A program made the translations under genes and the position numbers. A DNA stretch of 64,000 bases, from the NCBI RefSeq assembly GCF_009914755.1, contig NC_060936.1. One strand, given 5' to 3'. The DNA is from the human T2T-CHM13v2.0 reference genome, Homo sapiens. The first letter of the stretch is position 1. Each line of letters opens with the position of its first letter. Shown here one piece after another: positions 63,664 to 64,000 of the stretch. A model generated the notes under the pieces. The model saw only the letters and a list, made by a program, of their open reading frames with translations. It was not told the origin of the DNA and did not search any database.

Positions 63664-64000
63664 TGAGATGCATGATTTTAGGTATTGACTTGACTAGATT
63701 AAGAGATATCCAAATGCCTGGTAAAACACTATTTCTGGGTATGTCTGTGTGGGTGTTTCTGGAAGCAATTAGCATTTTAATCAGTGGACTGAGGAAAGGA
63801 GAGCTTCCCTCACCAATGTAGGTGGGTATCATCCAATTCTGAGGGCTTGCATAGAACAAAGAGGTTAAGAAAGTGCAAATTCACTCTTTTCATGAGCTGG
63901 GACATCTATCTTCTCCTGACCTAGGACATTAGAATTCCAGTTTCTCTGGCTTTTGGACTCTAGGACTTATACCATCAGCTCACTGGTTCTCAGGCTCTCA
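63664..64000 (+). mobile_element. MLT2B-like ERVL LTR, cut by window edge
   Basis: acttgactagattaagagatatcc...ctggtaaaacactatttctgggtatgtctgtg...gagctgggacatctatcttctcctg...ttggactctaggactt. Confidence 0.8.

Overview
Primate, almost certainly human, genomic DNA. It carries an AluYa5 with all five diagnostic changes and an L1PA2-type element. The window is AT-rich, dominated by interspersed repeats, and has no recognisable intact host protein-coding exon. Main contents: a full-length L1PA2-like element (2336-8347, minus) with intact ORF1, a frameshift-truncated 872-aa ORF2 and a frameshifted ORF0, nested inside an ancient L1M; a 5'-inverted (twin-primed) L1PA5-like insertion (20614-24473); a processed pseudogene of NAA20 (39660-40426, minus); about ten Alus; solo LTRs (MLT2A2, MLT1, LTR33-like, MER34/39-like, MLT2B-like); DNA transposon fossils (MER58A, Tigger3a, Charlie4a, MER5A, Zaphod); and L2/MIR remnants and microsatellites. 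I found no convincing new multi-gene system. The three most unusual signals are: (1) the inverted L1 carries a 178-bp inverted copy of its own inversion junction, which cannot have been in the RNA, plus a fold-back micro-insertion; (2) the NAA20 retrocopy lacks ~84 internal codons, apparently joining exon 1 to exon 5, which suggests a fossilised splice isoform; (3) a 76-bp unique sequence was copied from 1968 bp downstream into the middle of a TA microsatellite beside a Z-DNA/H-DNA cluster. Repeat subfamily names and NAA20 exon boundaries come from recalled consensus sequences and need confirming by alignment. Boundaries of old repeats are approximate.
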